From Candidatus Latescibacterota bacterium (lineage in GTDB: Bacteria > Latescibacterota > UBA2968), in assembly GCA_965208125.1 (NCBI GenBank), contig OZ242320.1, positions 1,376,001-1,440,000 on the forward strand: DNA of 64,000 nt. Direction: 5' to 3'. The notes below the pieces were generated by a model that saw only the letters and a list, made by a program, of their open reading frames with translations, ran no database searches and was not told the DNA's origin. Numbering within the stretch: the first letter of the stretch is position 1; every line of letters begins with the position of its first letter. This document shows positions 38,335 to 48,686 of the stretch, piece after piece. The translations under genes and the position numbers were made by a program.

Positions 38335-39492
38335 ATGTATTTGAGAGGGATCCATTTGGTGACAGACAATTTAGAAGACTCGGTCAACTTCTACGCCCAG
38401 ACCCTGGGACTGAAGGAAATAGAGCGCGAATCTGACAGGGTGGCTTTACAGGGGAAAGATATAGGTAGCTGTTTATTTCTCCATCAAAAGACCGCGGACA
38501 TGGATGAAGGATTAGATCACATATCCTTCACACTGGAAAACTTAGACAGCATTGTCCAGAAACTCAAGAACGCGGGCGTAGATGTCGAACTCAAAAACTA
38601 CGATGACGGGACGCGGACAGCCTATTTTTTTGGTCCTGAGGATGTAATAATAGGATTGACAACAACAGACCTGCCTGATATGTCAGGCAGCGAGGAAACA
38701 GAAATTCGGATTGATGGATTCGCCCTGAAAACGGATGATGTAGAGGACTCAGTACAATTCTATACCCAGATCCTGGGATTAAAGGAAATAGAGGGCCTAC
38801 GCTACGAGAACAATGAGGACTACGTTGGTTTGCAAGCGGGGAATATAGTCATAGAACTCTTATCGACTGGATGGTTTGGGTCTGGAGGCTTTGAACACAT
38901 AGACTTGACTGTGGACAACCTGGACAACACTGCCCAGAAACTCAAGAACGCGGATGTGGATGTCGAGTTTTACCAAGACGAGAAGACGGGTGAGACATTA
39001 GCTTCATTATATGACCCCGATGAGGAGGTGCAGATAATATTATCGTCGTTAGCCGAGAATGCAGAAACACAGATACCCCTGTCAGCCGAGGAAACAGAAA
39101 GCATAGATGGAAATACGGAAAGACCGAGTATCGGAGAAAAAGTGCGTTTCTGGGAGGAACAGGACCGAATCAACCAGGAGCTAATTCCTCGAGTCATTCG
39201 TCAGAACGAACTGCTAACCCAGCACATCGCTGAGCACGACAACTTACAGCAAATACTCAGCGACACTATCCAAAAGGCTCTATCTGAACAGGCCCAACAG
39301 TATGAATCAGCCCTGGATATCGCTCAAAAACAGCTAAACGAAATCCATGAACAAATCACTCAAAAGGCCCTGTCTGAGCAAGTGGAAATTCTACGCCAAG
39401 AGGCACGTCAGACCCGAAACAGACTTACCGCCATAGCTGCTGGCAGTGCTATCATCGCAATAACCGCGCTAATCGTCTCGGTGCTCTCTTAG
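38335..39492 (+). CDS. Tandem VOC/glyoxalase-fold protein with coiled coil and C-terminal TM anchor
   Basis: Two copies of S..FY...LGL / HI.F....L....QKLKNA; Q/E-rich helix; hydrophobic C-terminus. Confidence 0.75.
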   Translation: MYLRGIHLVTDNLEDSVNFYAQTLGLKEIERESDRVALQGKDIGSCLFLHQKTADMDEGLDHISFTLENLDSIVQKLKNAGVDVELKNYDDGTRTAYFFGPEDVIIGLTTTDLPDMSGSEETEIRIDGFALKTDDVEDSVQFYTQILGLKEIEGLRYENNEDYVGLQAGNIVIELLSTGWFGSGGFEHIDLTVDNLDNTAQKLKNADVDVEFYQDEKTGETLASLYDPDEEVQIILSSLAENAETQIPLSAEETESIDGNTERPSIGEKVRFWEEQDRINQELIPRVIRQNELLTQHIAEHDNLQQILSDTIQKALSEQAQQYESALDIAQKQLNEIHEQITQKALSEQVEILRQEARQTRNRLTAIAAGSAIIAITALIVSVLS

Positions 39493-39504
39493 GAGATAGA
39501 TAAC

Positions 39505-41202
39505 ATGGCCATGAAGTCTCTGAACCTATTACCAGAACTACAGAAACTCCCCAGTTCGGAATCTGACCAGCGTAAATCCTTTCAGGATACGGTCACCGAT
39601 CTAAGGAGTATGGATCGAGAGCTTTATGCGGCAGAGGCGGCAGCCGCTGTCTCCTTCGCAATGTGGGGCATTTTTGATACCATCAATGTAGATGATACGT
39701 TAGCCGAAGCCCATGCCGCAGTTTTCCCCAACTACGAGGGCTCGCTTCACGAACACTGGCAGGAACTACTACAGCAAGGTGAGGAATCCTCTGACGAATT
39801 CATAAATACCTTCAAAGGCAAAGTAGCTGAACTCGACTTCGCAGAAGAACTTGAGGCACAAGGGTACACCAATATAGAAATCCCCCCTGATCCCACTCAA
39901 CACATCAGGGCCATTTCTCCCGCAGGACAGGAGGAACTTTTTCAAGTAGAAACTGGATTGGCAGATCATGCTGGCGATATCGATATAATCGTCGAACTAC
40001 CGGTAAGATATGCCGTTAGCACCGAAATTCGTAATAGAATCGCTGAACGAAACCCAGAACTCATTGACAGAATGATTGACATAGGACTAGATCGCGCACG
40101 GGAAGAAAAAATTAAAGCAACTCTCAGCACTATTGGCACTGAGGGTGCCGAGCAAAATCCGGAATTCATCAAACTGAACCAAGCCTACCAAATGCAATAC
40201 CCCGGAGAATATGCACAGTATTCACTTGCGGAGAAGTGGCAACAGATATCAGAAGGCGGCAACGAATCCATGACAGGATTCATCAGCGGACTGAAAGGCA
40301 AATATGCCGAAATCAACACTAAAGATATGCTGGAGGAGGTGCATGGCTTCACGAACGTGAATATCGCCCCGAACCCAACCCAAGGTGTATTTGACATCAC
40401 CGCCAATGCTCCCGATGGCGAATTTCTCCGCATCCAAGTCAAAACGGGTAGTGCCAGTTACGCCCCCGCTGTAACTCAAAAAATGCAGGACGGACAGGAG
40501 GTACTGTTCCAAGTCAAAACGGGTGATGCCAGTTACGACAGCGATGTAATTCAAACAATGCAGAATACTCCTGACCTTCCCATTTACATGTCGGACACCA
40601 ATATCTACGAATTAAACACTGAAATTTACGACAAAATTGCTGAGCAAAGTCCCGAACTCATTGACCAAACACCTGACATCGGTGCCAACTACGAACTGGT
40701 GAACGGGATAAATGATGGTCTCGAAACTCTCAGTGCCAATCAGGGCTTTGATCTGCCCGACAGTGTCGGAGAGATAGTCCCTTACGCTGCCGCAATTATT
40801 ATGGGTGCTCGTCTGATATACAACGTCATCAAAACTGAAAAGGAATTCAGTACCGTTGATCGCACCACTAAAAACAAGATGCAAGTGGTGCAAGCTCTCA
40901 CTACAATGTCCCGATTTGGCATCTCAACTGTCCTGTCAACTGCCGGTGGTTTTGGTGGGGCTGCCGCAGGCTCATTTGTACCGGGAATTGGCAATCTGGC
41001 TGGCGGTGTTGGCGGCTCGCTAATCGGAGCAGGAATAGGAATGTATCTGAACAAACACCTTCAACCCGATATGCTGAACTTGGCTCTGGACATCACCGGA
41101 CTCACCCGCGATGATTTGTTCTACTACAAGAACAAGCCGCATATTGACAGCGTGGCCCTATCCTTCCGGCAAAATGCTGACATGCTGATTGCTGCATCCT
41201 GA
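39505..41202 (+). CDS. Protein with duplicated PD-(D/E)XK-like domain and glycine-zipper membrane segment
   Basis: KGK.AE repeats, FDIT...IQVKTG; GGFGGAAAGSFVPGIGNLAGGVGGSLIGAGIG. Confidence 0.65.
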   Translation: MAMKSLNLLPELQKLPSSESDQRKSFQDTVTDLRSMDRELYAAEAAAAVSFAMWGIFDTINVDDTLAEAHAAVFPNYEGSLHEHWQELLQQGEESSDEFINTFKGKVAELDFAEELEAQGYTNIEIPPDPTQHIRAISPAGQEELFQVETGLADHAGDIDIIVELPVRYAVSTEIRNRIAERNPELIDRMIDIGLDRAREEKIKATLSTIGTEGAEQNPEFIKLNQAYQMQYPGEYAQYSLAEKWQQISEGGNESMTGFISGLKGKYAEINTKDMLEEVHGFTNVNIAPNPTQGVFDITANAPDGEFLRIQVKTGSASYAPAVTQKMQDGQEVLFQVKTGDASYDSDVIQTMQNTPDLPIYMSDTNIYELNTEIYDKIAEQSPELIDQTPDIGANYELVNGINDGLETLSANQGFDLPDSVGEIVPYAAAIIMGARLIYNVIKTEKEFSTVDRTTKNKMQVVQALTTMSRFGISTVLSTAGGFGGAAAGSFVPGIGNLAGGVGGSLIGAGIGMYLNKHLQPDMLNLALDITGLTRDDLFYYKNKPHIDSVALSFRQNADMLIAAS

Positions 41203-41352
41203 TTCTGTCCTATAAGTGGACAGATATGGATTACTGGTGTTGTGCTTGCGCGTGGCGGCTCAAAAGCCTGCCGCAATGACGGCCTGGTTGATAGAGTTGA
41301 TTGATTCGTAAGATTGATTTCTTGATTCCGCTTCATGATCTCAGAAAGTGCG

Positions 41353-41814
41353 TCACACATCATCTAACATACGTTCGAATGCTTCGAGACTGGTGGCCTG
41401 AATTGCCGCACGAAGCAACTGCTTGAGGCGTTGTAAATCGTCAATATCGGCAATGCGATCAGATATGGGATGCGCCTTGCCCAGACCAAAGCGAATCTTC
41501 AACACCTCGAGGATATCTGCGAGCGTGCTTCGTTTTTCCCCTTGCTCAATGCCCTGCTTGAGCCATTGTTCTTTGTTTTCTTTAATCTCTTGCTCAAGCA
41601 GGTATTGGGCAAAAGATGATTCGCGAATCAGATCCATCACCCCCTCCTTTGAAATAAGGTTCGCAATCATTTCCCGATCATGCACCAACCCACCCAAAAC
41701 CGACAGACAAGTTAGAAAATCACCTCTGACAGATTCATCCAGCGGCAGGTCTATCGCCGTGTCAACGCACGCACCAAACCACGCCTCAGAACCCATCCCT
41801 TCAGGCGGCTTCAT
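41353..41814 (-). pseudogene. C-terminal fragment of an Rpn/YhgA-like (DUF4351-type) protein
   Basis: IRESSFAQY...QGIEQGE...L..RFG...I.DL.RL..L tail; no N-terminal nuclease domain. Confidence 0.55.
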
Positions 41815-41928
41815 CTACCAATTTAAGAGTTGAAATCATTGTCCCCTACAAAGAAGATTGCGCGAAAGGCGATTCTGAGATACATTTGAAAAATTAAATT
41901 CCGAAAGCACAAATTCAGGAGACCCACC

Positions 41929-43188
41929 ATGATCCGAAGCGGTGTTGCAAGCGGAGACATCACGCCAGAACCCGGTCCAGTGCTTCAGGGGCATTGGAAC
42001 ACCAACCCATCGCATTCCGTACTCTACCCTCTGGAAGTACGGGCAGTAGTCTTTGCCGACGGAGACGCACAAATAGCCATTGCCACACTCGACGTCATCG
42101 GCATAACAAAAGCCACCACTGACCGAATCCGGGCGAAAGTGGCAAATATCATTCCGGGAGACAGCGTAATGGTAGCGTGTAGCCACACGCACTGCGCCCT
42201 CCCCACATTGCCGTGTTTGGGCATGACCCCCGACCCCGAATATATGGATCGCATAGTCGAAACCACCGCCGCGTGCATAGCCGAAGCAGCCGCAAATCTC
42301 CAGCCCGTAACCCTCGGCCTGGGATGTGGGTCCGCGCATTTCAACATCAACCGCCGTCCGCTCCCCGGAGCCTCGAGCATGACCTTGAACTACGGCGGAA
42401 TCGTCGATCGCCGCGTAAGAGTCTTACAGGTAACAGGAGAAAACAACACCCCCCTCGCCACATTATTCCACTACTCCTGTCACCCAACCACATTGAGCGG
42501 CGCCAACGGCATCATCTCGCCCGACTATCCCGGCATTGCCCGCAATCGAATTGAACAAACCCTCGGTAGCAAAGCACTCTTCTTACCCGGATGCTTTGGC
42601 AACATCCGCCCCGCCATCCTGAGCGAAACCGGAGGATTCGCCTCCGCCACCAGAGAACAATTAGACGCGTGTGGTCACGAACTCGGCGATGAGGTCTGTC
42701 GCGTGGCTACAGGACTGAACACCAGAAGTGCAGAAGGCATATCTGCCCGCCGTACCGACATCGCAATACCATTCGGCGACCTGATGCCCGAAGAAGAACT
42801 CAAAAAAATGGCCGCAGACGAAAGCGGGCAATTATTAACGGGTCCCTGGGCAAAAAAAGTACTGGACATGGTGGCGTCAGACACCGTCCCATCTGAAAAA
42901 CCCACCGAAATGCAACTGATGCAGATAGGACCAATAGCACTGATCACCATACCGGGCGAACCCGTGCAGGAAATTGGGCATGCAATGGAAAAAAGACTGC
43001 GGAACATCAGTGAGGACCTGTGGCCCGTGGGATATGCCAATGACGAAGTGGGATATTTGTGTACAGAGCGGCAATACGAAGAAGGCGGGTACGAACCCAA
43101 TGCCTATCCGTATTACGGGGAACCCGCGCCATATCAGGGCGAAGAAAAGATCATCCTGCAAACAGCAGACGCTTTAGCACGGGATTAA
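41929..43188 (+). CDS. Neutral ceramidase N-terminal-like metal hydrolase
   Basis: CSHTH, NINRR, YSCHPT, SPDYPG, PGEP and GYAND motifs. Confidence 0.75.
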   Translation: MIRSGVASGDITPEPGPVLQGHWNTNPSHSVLYPLEVRAVVFADGDAQIAIATLDVIGITKATTDRIRAKVANIIPGDSVMVACSHTHCALPTLPCLGMTPDPEYMDRIVETTAACIAEAAANLQPVTLGLGCGSAHFNINRRPLPGASSMTLNYGGIVDRRVRVLQVTGENNTPLATLFHYSCHPTTLSGANGIISPDYPGIARNRIEQTLGSKALFLPGCFGNIRPAILSETGGFASATREQLDACGHELGDEVCRVATGLNTRSAEGISARRTDIAIPFGDLMPEEELKKMAADESGQLLTGPWAKKVLDMVASDTVPSEKPTEMQLMQIGPIALITIPGEPVQEIGHAMEKRLRNISEDLWPVGYANDEVGYLCTERQYEEGGYEPNAYPYYGEPAPYQGEEKIILQTADALARD

Positions 43189-43190
43189 AA

Positions 43191-44453
43191 ATGAAACAAA
43201 TCGATATACCTTATGGCCGGGGAGCCGTATCTGTTCAAACAGACCCCAAACTCGCGCACTGGGATGTAATCCGCCCCTCATTTGAACCTGCACTCAAAGA
43301 CCCCAAACGGCTCTTTCAAGAAGCCGTGCGCCACCCTCTCGGCACAAAACCGCTCAGAGAAATAGTCAAACCTTCAGACCGGGTCGTAATCGCAACATCC
43401 GACGGCACCCGTCCCGTCCCCAACAAACAACTGATCCCCTATCTACTCGAAGAACTGCCCGTATCCCCCGACCAGGTAACCGTATTGATCGGCACGGGCA
43501 CGCACAGGCCAAATACAAAACGCGAAATTGTCGAAATGTTTGGCGAAGAGATGGTTCGCCGCGTACGCATCGTCAATCACGATGCATTTAGCGAAACGCA
43601 AAACGAACAGGTGGGCAAAACCGCGGATGGAACAACCGTATTTTTGAACAAAGAATACCTCAACGCAGATGTGCGCATTGCCCTCGGATTTATCGAACCG
43701 CACTTCTTTGCAGGTTTTTCAGGCGGACCAAAAGCCGTCGCGCCCGGTGTGGCGAGTATTGAAACCATTTTTCGACTGCATCGCGCCGAACTAATCGCCG
43801 ACCCAAACAGCACATGGGGCGTACTCCACGAAAACCCACTACACCGGGAAATTCGAGAATGCGTCGCACTATGTCCCCCGGATTTTTTGCTCAATGTGAC
43901 ACTCAACGCAGAAAAGAAAATCTCGGGATATTACGCAGGCGACCTCTCTCTGGCCCATGCAAAAGGATGTGCCGATGTAAAAGCCTCGGCAATGGTACCT
44001 GTCGAAACACCCTTCCCGCTGGTGGTCACATCCAACAGCGGCTTTCCCCTGGATCAAAACTTGTATCAAACCGTAAAAGGCATCTCAGCCGCAGCGCGTA
44101 TTGTAAATGACGGCGGCACCATCCTGGTAGCCAGTGCGTGCAGCGATGGCGTACCCGATCACGGCAATTTTGCGGCATTGATGCGCGGAGGCCATTCACC
44201 TGCAGACGTGATAGAATCGGTCTATGCACGCGAACCAATTCTCGACCAGTGGCAGGCGCAAATTCTATCGGGCATCTTAGACCGCGTAAACGTAAAAGTC
44301 TATACCGAGATGGACAGCGACGAGGTCCGCGCCTGCAAACTACAGGTCATTCCTAACCTCAACAAAGCGATACACGATCACCTGAAATCCCGAGATACTC
44401 GCGTAGCCGTATTGCCCGATGGTCCACTTGCTATTCCCTACCTGAAGAACTGA
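43191..44453 (+). CDS. larA: LarA-family nickel-pincer racemase/epimerase
   Basis: SDGTRP, GTHR, EPHFFAGFSGGPK, PLDQNLYQTVKG and DQWQ motifs. Confidence 0.85.
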   Translation: MKQIDIPYGRGAVSVQTDPKLAHWDVIRPSFEPALKDPKRLFQEAVRHPLGTKPLREIVKPSDRVVIATSDGTRPVPNKQLIPYLLEELPVSPDQVTVLIGTGTHRPNTKREIVEMFGEEMVRRVRIVNHDAFSETQNEQVGKTADGTTVFLNKEYLNADVRIALGFIEPHFFAGFSGGPKAVAPGVASIETIFRLHRAELIADPNSTWGVLHENPLHREIRECVALCPPDFLLNVTLNAEKKISGYYAGDLSLAHAKGCADVKASAMVPVETPFPLVVTSNSGFPLDQNLYQTVKGISAAARIVNDGGTILVASACSDGVPDHGNFAALMRGGHSPADVIESVYAREPILDQWQAQILSGILDRVNVKVYTEMDSDEVRACKLQVIPNLNKAIHDHLKSRDTRVAVLPDGPLAIPYLKN

Positions 44454-44471
44454 TCCCTGCGGCGGAGAATC

Positions 44472-44533
44472 GGGCAACCACGGGCGGTGTACAACTGGTC
44501 GCAGTCCAGACCAGTTCACGGATTGCCCCTACA
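44472..44533. repeat. REP family A copy interrupted by a 35-bp hairpin insert
   Basis: GGGCAACCACGGG [44485-44519] GGATTGCCCCTACA. Confidence 0.65.
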
Positions 44534-44560
44534 ATCTGCGTCCATCTGCGGATACGCTCC

Positions 44561-46141
44561 TCAAACAGGACCCGCCTTCAGAATCTCATCGCTGACCCCA
44601 TCTTCAAATTGCCTGAAATTCTCCTTAAACAACCGCGCCAGATGCGTGGCCCTCGCATCGTATTCAGATGGATTGGACCACGTCGCACGCGGCGACAAAA
44701 TACTGCCCGTAACATCTGGACAGGTTTTGGGAACTTCAAAACCAAAGCGCGGATCTGTCTCGCACGCAACATCTGTCAAAGCGCCATTGTGTATCGCCCG
44801 AATAATTGAACGGGTATTGGTCAGTGTAATGCGCTTGCCAACGCCGTAACCACCACCCGACCAGCCCGTATTGACCAGCCACACATTCGACTTGTGTTGC
44901 TGGATTTTTTCTGCCAATTGCTCGGCGTATTTCCCCGGATGCCACACGAGAAAAGGCGCGCCAAAACAGGCCGAAAAAGAAGCCTGTGGTTCGGTAACTC
45001 CCATTTCTGTACCTGCGACCTTGGCCGTATAACCACTGATAAAATGGTACATCGCCTGTGCGGGCGTGAGCTTGCTCACCGGAGGCAAAACACCAAATGC
45101 ATCGCAAGTCAAAAAAATCACATTTTTGGGATGACCGCCCACACATGGAATTTGTGCATTGGGAATATACTCGATGGGATATGCCGCGCGCGTATTTTCC
45201 GTAATAGAATCGTCATCGTAACTAATCACGCGCGTATGCTCGTCAAAAACGACATTTTCGAGCACCGTCCCAAAACGGATCGCATTGTAAATCTCCGGCT
45301 CGCGCGCTTGCGAAAGACCAATACACTTGGCGTAACAACCGCCCTCAAAATTAAAAATACCGCGATCGCTCCACCCGTGTTCATCATCGCCGATCAAACG
45401 ACGCTGAGGCTCGGCTGAAAGCGTAGTCTTTCCCGTACCAGACAGACCAAAAAAGAGTGCCGTATCACCCGCTGCACCCACATTGGCCGAACAATGCATC
45501 GACAAAATATCCTGCCTGGGCAAAACATAGTTCAGAACCGTGAAAACACCTTTTTTCATCTCACCCGCATATTCCGTCCCCAAAATAACCATCTCTCGCA
45601 ATTCAAAACTCACATCCACGCTCGTAGTCGAAGTCATCTCAGCCGTATATCGATTCGCGGGAAATCTGCCAGCATTAAAAATAACATAATCCGGCTCGCC
45701 AAAATTTTCGAGTTCCGTACGCGAGGGACGCATAAGCATATTGTGCATAAACAGAGCATGGTACGCGCGGGCGCAAACAACCCGCACCTTAATGCGATAC
45801 TTGGGATCCCAGCCCGCGTACCCATCAACCACATAGATGCGGTCGCAGACATTGAGATAATCGATAGCCCGCTCTCTATTAATCAGAAACGTGCGCTCAT
45901 CGAGCTTGATATTGACCTCACCCCACCAGATATCGTCCGCACTATCGGGATGATTCACAATGCGTTTATCCTCTGGACTGCGCCCGGTCTTTTCTCCCGA
46001 ACGCACAATAAGCGCCCCAGTACTCGTAATAGTCGATCCGGTCTCGTGGGTCAGCGCCTCTTCGTAAAGCACCGCAGGCGAAGCATTGCGCAAAATAAGC
46101 GGCCTGGTGATATTGTATCGCTCCAAATTTATTCCGGTCAT
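44561..46141 (-). CDS. pckA: Phosphoenolpyruvate carboxykinase (ATP)
   Basis: [32 protein letters not shown] and FEGGCYAK motifs. Confidence 0.97.
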   Translation of the reverse strand: MTGINLERYNITRPLILRNASPAVLYEEALTHETGSTITSTGALIVRSGEKTGRSPEDKRIVNHPDSADDIWWGEVNIKLDERTFLINRERAIDYLNVCDRIYVVDGYAGWDPKYRIKVRVVCARAYHALFMHNMLMRPSRTELENFGEPDYVIFNAGRFPANRYTAEMTSTTSVDVSFELREMVILGTEYAGEMKKGVFTVLNYVLPRQDILSMHCSANVGAAGDTALFFGLSGTGKTTLSAEPQRRLIGDDEHGWSDRGIFNFEGGCYAKCIGLSQAREPEIYNAIRFGTVLENVVFDEHTRVISYDDDSITENTRAAYPIEYIPNAQIPCVGGHPKNVIFLTCDAFGVLPPVSKLTPAQAMYHFISGYTAKVAGTEMGVTEPQASFSACFGAPFLVWHPGKYAEQLAEKIQQHKSNVWLVNTGWSGGGYGVGKRITLTNTRSIIRAIHNGALTDVACETDPRFGFEVPKTCPDVTGSILSPRATWSNPSEYDARATHLARLFKENFRQFEDGVSDEILKAGPV

Positions 46142-46293
46142 AAACAAATCCTTTCTATTATCAGTTATCAATTCCAACACCAAATATATCACACAAAACA
46201 TCCCAAACCAAATATTACTCCGCGCCCAAAAATTCCTTCATTTTTAAAAAATAGTCATTATATTTCGCGCCTGACCATCGATCGGAGGAAAAC

Positions 46294-47145
46294 ATGTCCA
46301 AAAAATGGTTGCGCGTTGCCACATGTCAGATGCATGCCAATGAGAACATCGAAAAAAACACATGTGAGATTATCGACCGTCTGAACACCTGTGCGCGTGA
46401 AAAAGTGGAAATAGCCGCATTTCACGAAGGGGTTTTATACGGCTATACCAACTGCCCCGACTTCTGGTCAAGCCTGGATCAAACGCGCATTGAAAAAGCC
46501 GAACGGCAAATCATACACGTATGCCGTGAAAAAGGCATTGCCGCAATCGTAGGCTCAACCCATCTCGAAAACGGGCAACGCTACAACAGCCTGCTCGTCA
46601 TAGACCGAGACGGCACCGTAAAGGGACGCTATGGCAAAATACATCTGGCGGGAGAAAAATGGTGTGAACCCGCGCAACACCTGCCTATTTATCACCTGTG
46701 CGGCGTACCCTGTTGTTTTTTAATTTGCCACGACATTCGATATCCCGAACTCGTGAGATTGCCCGCCGCAGCCGGTGCAAAAATCTGCTTCTTCGCCAGT
46801 TGTGAAAGCTCTGTCACCTCAGAACACAAATTGTCGGCCTATCGCGCCATGCCCATCAGCCGCGCAACCGAAAATGACATCTACGTCGTCATGGCAAACG
46901 CCCCCGCCGACCCCCTGGACATCAACCGCGCGGGATCTTCCCACGGCGAATCAAAAATCATCCACCCAAATGGCAACGTCATAGCCGAAGCCGGCATATT
47001 CACAGACGAAATCATAATCCGCAAATTAGACCTCCATCAGGCATCGAGAAACATCGCATTGCGAGCCGTGAATGACACAACGCGCCTGCGCGAATGGATG
47101 AAAAAAGGCGTAAAATTAGTAGATTGTTCGTCTCATAAAGAGTAG
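46294..47145 (+). CDS. Carbon-nitrogen hydrolase (nitrilase superfamily)
   Basis: E-K-C triad: FHE, YGKIHL, ICHDIRYPE. Confidence 0.88.
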   Translation: MSKKWLRVATCQMHANENIEKNTCEIIDRLNTCAREKVEIAAFHEGVLYGYTNCPDFWSSLDQTRIEKAERQIIHVCREKGIAAIVGSTHLENGQRYNSLLVIDRDGTVKGRYGKIHLAGEKWCEPAQHLPIYHLCGVPCCFLICHDIRYPELVRLPAAAGAKICFFASCESSVTSEHKLSAYRAMPISRATENDIYVVMANAPADPLDINRAGSSHGESKIIHPNGNVIAEAGIFTDEIIIRKLDLHQASRNIALRAVNDTTRLREWMKKGVKLVDCSSHKE

Positions 47146-47168
47146 GGGCGGTGCCCCTGTGCCCGCCC
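47142..47168. repeat. REP family A (GTAGGGGCGGTGCCCCTGTGCCCGCCC)
   Basis: Identical to 62357-62383; contains the nitrilase TAG stop. Confidence 0.85.
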
Positions 47169-47187
47169 GTTGATTCAAGGAGCATTC

Positions 47188-48645
47188 ATGAAAGGAACAA
47201 AACCAAACATCTTGTGGATCTGTACAGACCAGCAGCGATATGACACCATTGGCGCATTGGGCAACCCCCATGTAGATACCCCCAATATCGACCGTCTAAT
47301 CGCCGAAGGATTTGCATTTACCCATGCGTATTGCCAGAGTCCGATTTGCACACCGAGTCGGGCGAGTTTTTTGACCGGACAATACGCCAGCGCCGTACAC
47401 GTAAATGGCAATGGCAACTCGCATTTCCCAGACGCGCCCCCCCTGGTCACCAAAATACTCGCAGATAATGGATACGACTGCGGACTAATCGGCAAATTGC
47501 ACTTATCAAGCGCGCATGGGCGCATAGAAAAAAGAACAGATGACGGATACCGCTACTGGCAATACAGCCACGCGCCCCGGGACGACTGGGAAACCGGACA
47601 CAATTATGCCGACTGGGTGCGATCAAAAGGCGAAATCCTGGGCGAACTCATCAAAAGTCCCGATGGCGTACCCGCAGAACTGCACCAGACCACCTGGTGT
47701 GCGGAAAAAACCATCGAATTTTTGAGCGAACAGCGCGATGGTCCCTGGTTGGCCTCTGTGAACATCTACGACCCACATCCGCCATTTAATCCACCCAAAA
47801 CGTACCGCGAAATGTTCGACCCCGAACAGGTAAACGGTCCCCTATTCCGAGAAAGCGACCTCGCGCAGCAAGAAAAATTGGAAGCCATCGACTTCCAGTC
47901 TAAAGGACGGCATCCCGATGAATTGGATATACGAAGCCCCGTGATCCCCAGAACACCGACGCGCGGATTGCGCGAATCTGAATCAGCCGGAAAACGCGAC
48001 GCAAAAACCCTGATCGCTGCCTATTACGCCATGATCAAACTAATCGACGATCAACTCGGGCGCATAATTACCGCATTGGAAGAAACTGGACAGCGCGACA
48101 ACACATTGATTATCTTCACCAGCGACCACGGCGAAACCCTGGGAGACCATGGACTGATTCAAAAGGGATGCCGTTTTTACGAAGGACTGGTGCGCGTACC
48201 ACTCATTTTCTCATGGCCGGGTCACGTAAAATCGGAACAAAAAAGCGACGCACTCGTCGAACTGCGCGACATAGCCCCCCTCTTGCTGGAACTCGCTGGC
48301 ATAGAAGTGCCCGAACGAATGCAACCGCATCCTCTATTGCCCCTGCTCAGCGGTGATCACCCCCCCGACGAACACCGCGACTTTGTGCGCTGCGAATATT
48401 ACGATGCACTCGATCAAGCCGACGGAACATTTGCCACAATGTATCGCAACCGTCGGTACAAACTCGTAGTTTATCACGGACACGGCCTGGGCGAACTCTA
48501 CGACTTACAGGAGGATCCAGACGAATTTGACAATCTGTGGGACAGTCCCGATCATGCGGACATAAAACTCGACTTAATGCAACGCAGCTTTGATGCGTCA
48601 ATGCTCGCAATGGACAGAGGGCCAGAACGCATAGGACCGATGTAA
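47188..48645 (+). CDS. Sulfatase
   Basis: PNILWICTDQ, CTPSR, GKLH, PHPP and SDHG motifs. Confidence 0.9.
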   Translation: MKGTKPNILWICTDQQRYDTIGALGNPHVDTPNIDRLIAEGFAFTHAYCQSPICTPSRASFLTGQYASAVHVNGNGNSHFPDAPPLVTKILADNGYDCGLIGKLHLSSAHGRIEKRTDDGYRYWQYSHAPRDDWETGHNYADWVRSKGEILGELIKSPDGVPAELHQTTWCAEKTIEFLSEQRDGPWLASVNIYDPHPPFNPPKTYREMFDPEQVNGPLFRESDLAQQEKLEAIDFQSKGRHPDELDIRSPVIPRTPTRGLRESESAGKRDAKTLIAAYYAMIKLIDDQLGRIITALEETGQRDNTLIIFTSDHGETLGDHGLIQKGCRFYEGLVRVPLIFSWPGHVKSEQKSDALVELRDIAPLLLELAGIEVPERMQPHPLLPLLSGDHPPDEHRDFVRCEYYDALDQADGTFATMYRNRRYKLVVYHGHGLGELYDLQEDPDEFDNLWDSPDHADIKLDLMQRSFDASMLAMDRGPERIGPM

Positions 48646-48686
48646 ACATCTGGAGATATACACAACCATCGTCGCGGAGGTGTTAT

